From: an uncultured delta proteobacterium
GTDB taxonomy: Bacteria > Desulfobacterota > Binatia > UBA9968
Reading direction: 5' to 3'
NCBI GenBank assembly: GCA_963804165.1
Contig: CAWDPO010000015.1
Coordinates: 96,001 to 160,000 of the forward strand
DNA length: 64,000 nucleotides
The position numbers were made by a program, and so were the translations under genes. This document shows, piece by piece, positions 18,883 to 28,047 of this stretch. Under the pieces are notes generated by a model that saw only the letters and a program-made list of their open reading frames with translations, was not told the DNA's origin and did no database searches. The number at the start of each line of letters is the position of its first letter. Positions within the stretch are counted from its first letter, which is position 1.

Positions 18883-18897
18883 CCAAGGAGTCAAAGT

Positions 18898-19554
18898 ATG
18901 GAAATGGTCGATCTATCGCGGCTGATTTACGACGGCATGCCGAAAATTCCCATCTTGCCGGAAGTTCACGTACAAAAGTTTTTGAGTCTGGAAAAAGGCC
19001 ATCCATTAAACGTCACCGAATTGTCGCTGCCGTGTCACGCCGGCACTCACGTCGACGCGCCCATTCACATCGTGCCCAATGGAAAGTCCATCGAACAGCT
19101 GCCGCTCGATGCGTTCGTGGGGCCGGGCGCGGTGATCGGCGTTAAAAAAAACGGCGGTGAAGAAGTGACGGCAAAAGATCTTGAAACGTCCGGCGTGCCG
19201 GTAAACCGCGGTGATATTCTGATGCTCTACACCGGCTGGGACGAGAAATTCGACGGCCCGGAGTACAATCTACATCCATATTTATCCGTCGATGCCGCCG
19301 AATGGATGGTGCGAAAGGGCATCAAGTTGTTCGGCATCGACTGCATCACGGTGGATTTGCCGACACCGCTTCGACCGAAAGGATTCGATTTTCCAGTGCA
19401 CAAAACGTTGCTCGGCAATGAAGTCTTGATCGCCGAGAACGTCGCCAATCTTGGCAGCATCGTCGGCAAGCGCACGCGCATCATGGCGTTGCCGTTGCGC
19501 GTGAAGGGCAGCGATGCCGGCCACGCGCGCATCATTGCGGAGATCTTGAACTGA
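18898..19554 (+). CDS. Cyclase family metal-dependent hydrolase (kynurenine formamidase-like)
   Basis: HAGTHVDAP motif, GIDCITVD, VHKTLLG, ENVANL, PLRVKGSD. Confidence 0.92.
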   Translation: MEMVDLSRLIYDGMPKIPILPEVHVQKFLSLEKGHPLNVTELSLPCHAGTHVDAPIHIVPNGKSIEQLPLDAFVGPGAVIGVKKNGGEEVTAKDLETSGVPVNRGDILMLYTGWDEKFDGPEYNLHPYLSVDAAEWMVRKGIKLFGIDCITVDLPTPLRPKGFDFPVHKTLLGNEVLIAENVANLGSIVGKRTRIMALPLRVKGSDAGHARIIAEILN

Positions 19555-19558
19555 TCCC

Positions 19559-20527
19559 ATGGCGCTCACGAAGCCGATCAAAGGAATCATCGGTGCTTGT
19601 CTGACCCCGTTCGATGAGAACGACCGGGTAAATTACAAAGCCCTCGAGAAAGAAATCGATTTCATCGTTGCCGATTGCGATGCGATTACGATCGCCGCCG
19701 TGGAAGCCGCGGAGTACACCATGCTCTCGCGCGACGAGCGTAAAGAAGTCCTAAAAGTCGCCACGGAGATGGTGAACAGACGAGTGCCTGTGATTCTCGG
19801 CTGCTCGAGCCCGTCGCCCAAAGAGGTGTTAGAATTGGCGGAGTATTCGGCAAAAGTGGGCGGCGATCTGGTTCAGGTGTTGATGCCGCTACGGCCGTGG
19901 GGTGGCCAGCCGACCATCGCCGAGTTGATGGAATTTTATACTCAAGTCGCTTCGGCGAGCCCATTGCCGGTGACTTGTTACCATAACCCCGGGCCCGGCG
20001 CGGACCCACCGCAAGACGCTTTCGTTAAGATCAGCGAGATCGACAACATCCGCTATTTCAAGGAGAGCTCAAGAGACATCACGAAAATCTCGCGGTTGAT
20101 CGAACAGATAGATCTTGCGGGACGCGGTCATTATTTCACCACGATGCAGCCGCTTCTGGTTACGTTGATGCTCGGCGGTTCGGGCGCGACGATGCCGCCG
20201 CCGGGAACACGCATCGGTTCGCAGATTGTAAAAGCATTCAGGGCAGGGGATTTAGACAGGGCGCGCTTCTGGGCGCGTTGCTACGCGCTGTTTCCCGGCA
20301 AGTGGGCAGCCTATGGCCTGCCGCCGGTGATGAAGTCGGCGATGAAGCATTTCGGCGTCGACATCGGCAATCCTTGCCGGCCCTACGCGCCGGTGAGCCC
20401 GCGCGACCACGCGCAGATCGGTCAATTTCTGCGACAAGTGGGTTTGATCGGTGAAGCGGGACCGACGCCTCAAGCCTTGCTCGATGCCCAGGATACACTC
20501 CGGCAGGAAGATACCTTTCTGCGTTAG
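19559..20527 (+). CDS. Divergent DapA/N-acetylneuraminate lyase family aldolase
   Basis: LTPFD, YHNP, Schiff-base Lys in YFKESS; usual GTTGE motif replaced by AVEAAE. Confidence 0.85.
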   Translation: MALTKPIKGIIGACLTPFDENDRVNYKALEKEIDFIVADCDAITIAAVEAAEYTMLSRDERKEVLKVATEMVNRRVPVILGCSSPSPKEVLELAEYSAKVGGDLVQVLMPLRPWGGQPTIAELMEFYTQVASASPLPVTCYHNPGPGADPPQDAFVKISEIDNIRYFKESSRDITKISRLIEQIDLAGRGHYFTTMQPLLVTLMLGGSGATMPPPGTRIGSQIVKAFRAGDLDRARFWARCYALFPGKWAAYGLPPVMKSAMKHFGVDIGNPCRPYAPVSPRDHAQIGQFLRQVGLIGEAGPTPQALLDAQDTLRQEDTFLR

Positions 20528-20592
20528 CGAATCAGAATCGGAGAGTTGCAGAATCACCTGCGCACCCACAGCGCGCGACGGCGTAGTGATTT

Positions 20593-20775
20593 ATGGAATG
20601 GATCAAAGATCTGTCGGATAGATTGGTCATCTGGTTATTGCGAGCGTCTTCGGGATTCGGCAAAGAGCTGACAGCGGATGGCAAACGAGAACAGGAGCTC
20701 TGGCGCGAACAGCGGCTGCGCAATTTGCGCGGTTTGACCTTGCGCGCGCGGCAAGGCTTCGAACGCAAAGATTAG
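20593..20775 (+). CDS. Small hypothetical protein (60 aa)
   Basis: ATG-start ORF filling the gap between aldolase and SQR genes on the same strand. Confidence 0.5.
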   Translation: MEWIKDLSDRLVIWLLRASSGFGKELTADGKREQELWREQRLRNLRGLTLRARQGFERKD

Positions 20776-20797
20776 CCTCACCTCGCGTAAAGTTTTC

Positions 20798-21955
20798 ATG
20801 CAATTCTCAATCGGGCGCAAGAAAATCGTCATTCTCGGCGGCGGCTGCGGCGGCGTCGTCGCGGCGACCCACCTGGGCCGCAAGCTCGGCCGGGACCACG
20901 ATGTGATTCTTATCGACCGGCGCGCCGAGCATCTTTTCATGCCGGCATTTCTTTTTATCATGCTCGGTGAACGCCAGCCGCGCGATATCACCAGGAGCTT
21001 AGCATCGTTGGAGAAGCGCAACGTAAAAGTCATTCAGTCGGAAGTACTCGGCATCGATCCTGTTCGCCAGGAAGTTTCGTTTGAGAAAGAAAAAATCAAT
21101 TACGATTATCTGATCGTTTCTCTGGGTCTGCAAACGAGGCCTGATTTAGTTCCAGGTTTCGCCGAATCATCGCAGCACCCTTGGGAAATGGAATCTGCAG
21201 TGCGATTGCGTGACACGCTCGCGTCCTTTCGCGGCGGCAGAGTCGTCGTTGGGGTTCCGCTCGGGCCGTACCGCTGCCCGCCGGCGCCGTATGAAGCGCA
21301 ATGGATGCTCGACGGGTATTTCCGGCAAAGAGGCATTCGCGAGCGGGTCGAGATCGAATACTTCACGCGCGAAGCCGAACCCACCGGCGAGGCTCACGAT
21401 CCGGTGGTTTGGATGGACGCCGAAAGCAAACGGCGCGGCATCAAGCAAAACTACGAGTTCGTGGTTCGCTCCATCGATCCGGAACGAAGATTGGTCCAAG
21501 GCTTGTACAATTACAAAATACCTTACGACCTGCTGGTCATGGTGCCGCCGCACCGGCCGGCGCAGGTGTTGCTCGACAGCGGCCTAGCCGACACTGAAAC
21601 CGGTATTAGAGTGGATTACGACACGTTGGAAACCAAATGGGAAAACGTCTTCGCCATCGGCGACTGTGCCGACATGCCTGCGTCCAAAGCCGGCGGTGTG
21701 GCGCACCAGGAGGCCGACGTTCTGGCGCATAACTTGGCCGTTCAGATCACCGGCAAAGGTCGGCCGGTGGATCTCTGGCTGCACACGATATGACTGCTGG
21801 CGTTCGGCGCTGGACGCGCCGCCGCGAATCGAACGACTTATCCCACCGGCTGGCCGCCATTCGGCGTCACGGACCCAAAAACCTGGGGTCCGTCAAGAAT
21901 GATCTATTGGGCGAAAATCGGTTTCGAGAAATGGTGGCTCTGGCGTTACTTCTGA
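20798..21955 (+). CDS. Sulfide:quinone oxidoreductase-like flavoprotein, predicted selenoprotein (UGA at 21791-21793 = Sec332; 385 aa)
   Basis: GGGCGG FAD site, YRCPPAPYE (Cys160), AIGD, PASKAG; frame stays open after TGA for 53 codons ending PSRMIYWAKIGFEKWWLWRYF, an SQR-type C-terminal amphipathic helix. Confidence 0.85.
21794..21825 (+). promoter_or_regulatory. Putative bacterial SECIS hairpin
   Basis: GCG-TT-CGGCGC-[TGGAC]-GCGCCG-C-CGC; apical loop starts 17 nt after the UGA with G at position 2. Confidence 0.65.
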
Positions 21956-22090
21956 TCTTGGACTCTCATTGAAAACTAGAATCTCAATGCTCTCGGTTCG
22001 CACGCTAATTCTTGCTGTGCAGCGGAGGGGAGAAGGCGATGTTCGGTCTTTGCCTTAGGACGGGTGGATCGAAAATCACCTTGGATATAA

Positions 22091-22118
22091 AGTTTACATA
22101 ATATCTCTTATCAGACGT
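22091..22118 (-). other. dif site (XerC/XerD chromosome dimer resolution site)
   Basis: Minus strand ACGTCTGATAA-GAGATA-TTATGTAAACT, 11-6-11 layout with conserved TTATGT XerD arm; intergenic, AT-rich, at the switch of gene orientation. Confidence 0.85.
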
Positions 22119-22140
22119 TCTCGATACTAATAAAATTGCT

Positions 22141-22824
22141 CTATTTTGCCGGTGCCGGCACCGAACTCCTCGCTTCCAATTCCGCCACTTTTACAGCCAA
22201 CGGTGAGCCGGGGTTCTCCTTCACATAATCCTTGTAAGCTTGCACCGCTGTCTTCGTGTCACCCAGCTGCTCGGCGCAGCGCGCCTTGCCGAGCACAGCA
22301 CGGGACTGTAACGCGCCGACGATTTTTTCCGCCTCGGCAAAGTGTTCGATGGCCGCTTTACACTGTTTCAACTGTTCTTCGGTCTCCGCTCGCGTGACGA
22401 GCGCTATCTGCCGATACAGGCTGTCGGGTTTGGTGGCGACCACGGAGCGCTCGGCTGCGTTGAGCGCCTTGTCAAGTTGATTCGTCGCCAAATAACTGTT
22501 GGCGAGATAAATATGCGCTAGCACTGAATAGCGGGACCATCGGAAGGTTTGGGTTTTTTCGAAGCCGGCAATCGCGTCGCTATATTTTTGATTCTGGTAC
22601 AATGACAATGCTCGGGTGAATTCGCGTGACGCCGAGACGTTCTGGGATTCCTTAAATGACTGCCAAGCCCACAATGCCAAGGCTAATATAATGATAGCAG
22701 CCGTTGCCGCGAGGACGGCCGTTTTGTGCCCGCCGAGGTACTCCAAAGCGGAGTCGGAGCCGACCTGAAACCAGTCGGGTTGACGCAATTGTTTTCTGCT
22801 GATGCGTCTGCTTGCAGTTGCCAT
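22141..22824 (-). CDS. Membrane-anchored tetratricopeptide repeat protein (YfgM-like)
   Basis: SRKQLRQPD N-terminus, one TM helix, TPR-like helices. Confidence 0.8.
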   Translation of the reverse strand: MATASRRISRKQLRQPDWFQVGSDSALEYLGGHKTAVLAATAAIIILALALWAWQSFKESQNVSASREFTRALSLYQNQKYSDAIAGFEKTQTFRWSRYSVLAHIYLANSYLATNQLDKALNAAERSVVATKPDSLYRQIALVTRAETEEQLKQCKAAIEHFAEAEKIVGALQSRAVLGKARCAEQLGDTKTAVQAYKDYVKENPGSPLAVKVAELEARSSVPAPAK

Positions 22825-22910
22825 GAGTCTATTGACGTGCGGCAGACAGAGTAAAACTACACTTCTGCTTGGGTATGACGGGCAGTGTAATTTGCCAGAG
22901 AACGATAAGT

Positions 22911-23438
22911 CTACTGCTTATACTTAAAATCGTCCGGCCCCATTTTTTCTAAAATTTCCGCCCATTTTTCCTTGGAGACGTTGGAGACGTTTTCAACTCC
23001 GCGCTCGTTGGCGTCCTCGTTTTGCTGTAGCATGCTCGAGGCCTCGAGCACGGCCTTAGCGACATAGATCGGGCTTTTCGTGCGTAGTGCCAACGCGATC
23101 GCATCGCTTGGACGCGAATCGATCATCACCTCGCGGCCAGCCAATTTAAGATTGACGGCGGCGTAGTAGGTATTTTCCTTGAGCTCGGTGATCTCCACGC
23201 TTTCGACGGAGCAACCGACTTCCCCAAGAATCGATTTGAGTAGATCGTGGGTCATCGGGCGCGCCATCTTGATCCCTTCGATTTCAGTGGCCATGGCGGT
23301 GGCTTCTAAAAGACCGATCCAGATCGGCAGATTGAGCTTGTTTTCGGTATCCTTAAGGATAACGATGGGCGTCTTGGTGACCGGGTCCAGCGTCAAGCCG
23401 CCGACTGCCATTTGGATGGTATCTTCTCTTTTCATCAT
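22911..23438 (-). CDS. Bifunctional nuclease family protein (DUF151)
   Basis: LPIWIGLLEA, RPMTHDL, DSRPSDAIALA. Confidence 0.93.
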   Translation of the reverse strand: MMKREDTIQMAVGGLTLDPVTKTPIVILKDTENKLNLPIWIGLLEATAMATEIEGIKMARPMTHDLLKSILGEVGCSVESVEITELKENTYYAAVNLKLAGREVMIDSRPSDAIALALRTKSPIYVAKAVLEASSMLQQNEDANERGVENVSNVSKEKWAEILEKMGPDDFKYKQ

Positions 23439-24805
23439 GCCATGTCCCCTTTTAATAACTGGGAGTTCAAATAAGGTGTATCCGAGAAAGCGTCGCCAAT
23501 CAACGAGTTCGCCGTCGCGCCGGTAATTCTCACCGGTAACATTCTACCGACGAAATTCTCCGGTCCGATCACGTTGACGATTCGATTGCCGCGCGTGCGG
23601 CCCATCACTTGCCCGTTCCTCAATTTCGACCGCCCGTCGACCAATATTTCCTCCAGCTTGCCGATCCGTTGGCGATTCTTTACCAGTGATGTTTGCCGTT
23701 GCAGCGCTTGCACGGTCTGTAGACGGTGACTCTTTATTTCACTGGGAATGTCATCGTCGTAAAGTTTTCCTGATACCGTTTGCGGCCGTGGCGAATAACA
23801 GAACGAATAAATTTCATCATACTGCACTTGCTTCAGCAATTCTAGGGTTTGTTGGAATTCCGCGTCGCTTTCGCCGGGAAATCCAACGATGATGTCGGTG
23901 CTGAGCGCGACGTCGGAGCGGCGCTCACGCAGGCGCTCGATGCGGCTTAAATATTCGTCGCGCGTATAACCGCGCCGCATGCGCGCCAGGACGCTGTCGG
24001 CGCCTGACTGGACGGGTAAATGCAGATGCTCGCAAAGATGGTCAAGCGTGGCGAACGCCTCGATCAGTTCCGGCGAGAGATCCTGCGGATGGGAAGTCGT
24101 AAAACGAATCCTGCGCAGGCCGTCGATCGCATCGATACGAGCTAAAAGTTGTGCAAAGCTCAACTCGCCCTGTGTGAGCTTGCCGTACGAGTTAACATTT
24201 TGTCCCAATAGCATCACTTCGATGAAGCCCTTGGCGACTAACGATTCGACTTCAGCGATAATCTTGGCGCTCGGCCGGCTGAGTTCACGGCCGCGCACAT
24301 GGGGCACGATGCAAAAGCTGCAAACCTTGTTGCATCCTTGCATGATGGTCACGAAGGCTTTGACGCCGTGCACTTCCGTTTGCCCGTCGGTGTCCTCCAT
24401 ATACGCCGGATCGCGGTAGAACGCGATTTCCACCGGCCGTGCCTGCGATTCCTGGACTTGCTCGACCATTTGCGGAAGCTTATGAATATTATGCGTGCCA
24501 AACACCAAATCGAGGTGCGGCACCCGTTTCAGCAGATTCGCGCCCTCTTGCTGCGCGACGCAGCCGCCGACGCCGATAATCACGCCGTCGCGATTGTTCT
24601 TGTATTCCTTCCAGCTGCCGAGCGCGCTGTAAACTTTTTGTTCCGCTTTATCCCGTACGCTGCAGGTGTTGAGCAAAATCAGGTCAGCCGCGTCGATCCG
24701 CTCGGTTTGGTCATAGCCGTGGCGCGCCATGACTTGTACGATTCGTTCCGAATCATACTGATTCATCTGACAGCCATAGGTTTGGATAAAGACCGTCTTA
24801 TTCAT
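23435..24805 (-). CDS. miaB: tRNA-2-methylthio-N6-dimethylallyladenosine synthase
   Basis: TYGCQMN, NTCSVRDKAEQK, GCVAQQEG, CNKVCSFC radical SAM motif, C-terminal TRAM domain. Confidence 0.97.
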   Translation of the reverse strand: MNKTVFIQTYGCQMNQYDSERIVQVMARHGYDQTERIDAADLILLNTCSVRDKAEQKVYSALGSWKEYKNNRDGVIIGVGGCVAQQEGANLLKRVPHLDLVFGTHNIHKLPQMVEQVQESQARPVEIAFYRDPAYMEDTDGQTEVHGVKAFVTIMQGCNKVCSFCIVPHVRGRELSRPSAKIIAEVESLVAKGFIEVMLLGQNVNSYGKLTQGELSFAQLLARIDAIDGLRRIRFTTSHPQDLSPELIEAFATLDHLCEHLHLPVQSGADSVLARMRRGYTRDEYLSRIERLRERRSDVALSTDIIVGFPGESDAEFQQTLELLKQVQYDEIYSFCYSPRPQTVSGKLYDDDIPSEIKSHRLQTVQALQRQTSLVKNRQRIGKLEEILVDGRSKLRNGQVMGRTRGNRIVNVIGPENFVGRMLPVRITGATANSLIGDAFSDTPYLNSQLLKGDMA

Positions 24806-26208
24806 GGGGCAATCAAATCGACGATTTTATAAAGCTGAGTAATGCTCCGGCACTCTTCGGCGACGTGACAATGGGGCGCGTAGCGCGGCATTTCACTGTC
24901 GCCGATGCCCCAGGTCATGCGGCTTTCGGGATTCAACCAGATCAGTTGCTTGGCTTTCTGCTGGATCTCGCGCAGCACCCAATCGTTGGGACGATTGTAG
25001 TTATTGCGCCCGTCACCGATGATCAGCACCGTCGTCTTGCTATTTACCGCCGAGAAAAAGTTCTTGTAGAACTGTTCGAAGGCGCGGCCAAAATTAGAGT
25101 GGGAAAAAACGTCGATGACGTCGCCTTTCAGGGCCGCTTCGACCGCCGCCTGAATATCATTTTCTTCGAACAACTTCGTGACCTCGCCGATCTCCGCGAC
25201 GAACACGAAACTGCGCACCTTGGAATAGAGATCCTGCACCGAGTAGACAAACTGCAGCATGAAACGCGACGCGTTGAGCACCGAATCAGAAATGTCGCAT
25301 AGGACCATCACCTGCGGTTTGGTTTTCTTGCGCCGGTCGAGCCGGATATGAAACGGCACGCCGCCGTACTGCAGATTCGAGCGCAGCGTTTTTTTGACGT
25401 CGAAGCGGCCGCGTGCAGCCTTCTTGCGCCGCACCGACAAGCGATTTTTCAGCCGCTGTGCCAGACGGGCGACTGCGTCGTTCATGCGCCGGATATCGTC
25501 TTCGGTGTAGAACGCGAAGCTCTTGTCGGCCAGCGAACTGCGCTGGGAAAAGTCCCTCGGTTCTACGCCTTTTTTGCGCTGCTCCTGCTGGATAACTTCC
25601 CGCAACAGCCGGTTCAAGTCGCGCATGCGCTCGTCGAGGTAGCGCAAAACATTTGGCAAATCCTCGCCGTTTTCGCCGAGCATTTGCAGCATGCCCTTGA
25701 AGCGCTCGATCTCGCTTTGCACCCGGTCGAGCTGCAAGCGCGCCGCCATTCGGGTATAAGGCGTAAAACGAAAACTATCCGGCGTACCTTGCTCCATTTC
25801 CTGCTGGATTGCGTCTCGAAGCAACCGTTCGAGCTCGCCGCGATTGTTGTTCAGTAATGCGCGCGTCAGCTCGGAAAGATCCCCTTCCATTTCCTTGAGC
25901 AAGCGCTGGATCTGTTCGAGCATCTGTTGAAACTGTTCGGGCGATAACCCGAGTTCCTCCATAATGCGCCGGTCGATCGTATCGAGTGCTTGACCGATGC
26001 CCAAGAAAAAATAATCGAACAGCTCTTCGAAGGGCTTGACGTCGCTGACGCGTTTGACCAGCGTGGTGCGCAACGTGTGGCGAAAAAGCAATGGATCTTC
26101 GATGCCGATCAACTCGAGAGCACGAAACGCGTCCATGTTTTCGGACGGTGACACGTGGATGCCGTTGCGTCGCAATACACCGGCAAATTCGATAAGACGC
26201 TCTTCCAT
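24802..26208 (-). CDS. VWA domain protein (CoxE-like)
   Basis: CDISDS MIDAS-like motif, GDGRNN, WLNPE; paired with a MoxR ATPase. Confidence 0.9.
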   Translation of the reverse strand: MEERLIEFAGVLRRNGIHVSPSENMDAFRALELIGIEDPLLFRHTLRTTLVKRVSDVKPFEELFDYFFLGIGQALDTIDRRIMEELGLSPEQFQQMLEQIQRLLKEMEGDLSELTRALLNNNRGELERLLRDAIQQEMEQGTPDSFRFTPYTRMAARLQLDRVQSEIERFKGMLQMLGENGEDLPNVLRYLDERMRDLNRLLREVIQQEQRKKGVEPRDFSQRSSLADKSFAFYTEDDIRRMNDAVARLAQRLKNRLSVRRKKAARGRFDVKKTLRSNLQYGGVPFHIRLDRRKKTKPQVMVLCDISDSVLNASRFMLQFVYSVQDLYSKVRSFVFVAEIGEVTKLFEENDIQAAVEAALKGDVIDVFSHSNFGRAFEQFYKNFFSAVNSKTTVLIIGDGRNNYNRPNDWVLREIQQKAKQLIWLNPESRMTWGIGDSEMPRYAPHCHVAEECRSITQLYKIVDLIAP

Positions 26209-26222
26209 GCGAAACCAGCCGG

Positions 26223-27182
26223 TTAGTGCAGATGATCTTTGTCGCTGCCGGCGACTCCGGGACGTTGCGCCTGCTTTTCGGCGAGGTAAGCTTTCAACTC
26301 CTGATGCGCCTTGCGGATGTCGGCCTCGTATTTCATCAACGTGGAAAGAGTCTCTTCTACCAGGTCATGGTCGAGCTCTTTGATATTGAGCAAAGTCAAC
26401 GCACGCACCCAGTCGAGGGTTTCGCTGATGCTCGGAGTTTTCTTCAAATCCAATTTTCGCAGACGGTGCAGCAGCCGTACAACTTCATCGGCGAGCTGAT
26501 TGCCGACATCGGGTACTTTGAGCTTGATAATTTCCATTTCGCGCTGAGAATCGGGGAAATCTATATAAAGGTGCAGACAGCGCCTCTTGAGAGCGTCCGA
26601 CATTTCACGGCTGTTGTTACTGGTTAATATGACCAGTGGAACCTGCTTTGCCTTGAGGGTGCCGATCTCCGGGACTGAAATTTGAAAATCGCTCAAGATC
26701 TCCAGGAGAAACGCTTCAAACTCCGCGTCGGATTTATCAACCTCATCAATCAGCAACACGCAGCGTTTTTCCGAGAGCAAGGCCCGTAGCAACGGGCGCG
26801 GCAACAAAAATCGATCGGAAAAAAACACGCCGTCCTGATTGGCGACGCAATCGACCGCTTCCTGCAGCGTCTGCGAACCTTGCAAAATGTCGCCGATCTT
26901 TTCCTTGAGAATCTGCGTGTAGAGAAGCTGCTTGGCGTATTCCCACTCGTAAAGCGCCTTGGCTTCGTCGAGGCCTTCGTAGCACTGCAAGCGTATGAGC
27001 TCCATGCCGAGCGTCTCGGCTAGCACTTTACCCAGCTCCGTCTTGCCCACTCCAGCCGGCCCTTCGACCAGTATCGGTTTTTGCAAAGTCGTGCCGAGGT
27101 AAACGACGGTCGCAACATTCTTGTTGCAGATATATTTTTGCGTGCCGAAACCCGCGATGACATCATTGACGGATTGAAACAT
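26223..27182 (-). CDS. MoxR-family AAA+ ATPase (CoxD-like)
   Basis: EGPAGVGKT, RLQCYEGLD, LLIDEVDK, SDALKRRCL; ATG at 27182. Confidence 0.93.
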   Translation of the reverse strand: MFQSVNDVIAGFGTQKYICNKNVATVVYLGTTLQKPILVEGPAGVGKTELGKVLAETLGMELIRLQCYEGLDEAKALYEWEYAKQLLYTQILKEKIGDILQGSQTLQEAVDCVANQDGVFFSDRFLLPRPLLRALLSEKRCVLLIDEVDKSDAEFEAFLLEILSDFQISVPEIGTLKAKQVPLVILTSNNSREMSDALKRRCLHLYIDFPDSQREMEIIKLKVPDVGNQLADEVVRLLHRLRKLDLKKTPSISETLDWVRALTLLNIKELDHDLVEETLSTLMKYEADIRKAHQELKAYLAEKQAQRPGVAGSDKDHLH

Positions 27183-27282
27183 GGCGTCCCTTTCCAATTT
27201 TTTCAAGCTAACACAAAGCCTCATTGACGACAATCAAGCGGCACGTTTGCAGATACGCGACCATTCTGCAAAGCTTGGTCGC

Positions 27283-28047
27283 GTGTGTACTCTGGCATTG
27301 TATTTTCGCATGTTTGAGGATTATCCACTGGTGGTCGCCGCCAACCGGGACGAACAATATGACCGGCCGTCGTTGCCGCCGACCTTGTTGGCGACGACGC
27401 CAAAGATTATTGCGGGAAAAGATCTTCGCGCTGGCGGCACTTGGCTGGGTGTCAACGAAACGGGCTTGGTGACGGGTATTCTTAACCGCCATTTCGATGG
27501 GCAGAATTCCGTTGCCGCGGGCGCCCGCTCCCGCGGCTTGCTCTGTATGGACCTACTCGAGCGCTCGTCGGTCGTCGGGGCGAATGAATTAATTCAAACT
27601 GATCGATTCCGTTACAATCCGTTTACCCTGCTTTTCGCGGACAGAACCGATGCTTTCGTTGCCTACAATGACGAGCAAAGAATTATCACCCAGAAACTCG
27701 ATCGAGGGCTTCACGTGTTCAGCAGCGCTGGCGCTTTTGATTTGCATTCGGCAAAGGCAGAGCGCGCCTACGCGCTTTTCGGGCGGCCGGAAATCCGCAC
27801 GAGTGTTGCGCGCGGCGATTTGAGCGACTCAGTCGCCGCGCTGCAAGCGGTGCTGGCCGATCATTCGCTTGCGCCAGGCTCGGACAATCCAGGCGACGCC
27901 ATCTGTGTTCATCGCGACGGCTCGGGAACGGTCTCGTCGAACATTCTGATCTATTCCCAATCGCAGTCTCGTTTTGAGAGTTTCTTCTGCGCCGGTCCGC
28001 CTTGTCGCAACCGTTTCGGCGACGCCATGACTCTTACCGTCCGGTGA
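27283..28047 (+). CDS. NRDE/TANGO2 family protein
   Basis: Starts (M)CTLAL; AANRDE, GKDLRAGGTWLG, SRG, GTVSS. Confidence 0.92.
   Translation: MCTLALYFRMFEDYPLVVAANRDEQYDRPSLPPTLLATTPKIIAGKDLRAGGTWLGVNETGLVTGILNRHFDGQNSVAAGARSRGLLCMDLLERSSVVGANELIQTDRFRYNPFTLLFADRTDAFVAYNDEQRIITQKLDRGLHVFSSAGAFDLHSAKAERAYALFGRPEIRTSVARGDLSDSVAALQAVLADHSLAPGSDNPGDAICVHRDGSGTVSSNILIYSQSQSRFESFFCAGPPCRNRFGDAMTLTVR

Noticed and set aside
21790-21972. 60-aa ORF after the apparent SQR stop
   Set aside because: Wrong frame; the in-frame continuation of the SQR gene explains this DNA better.
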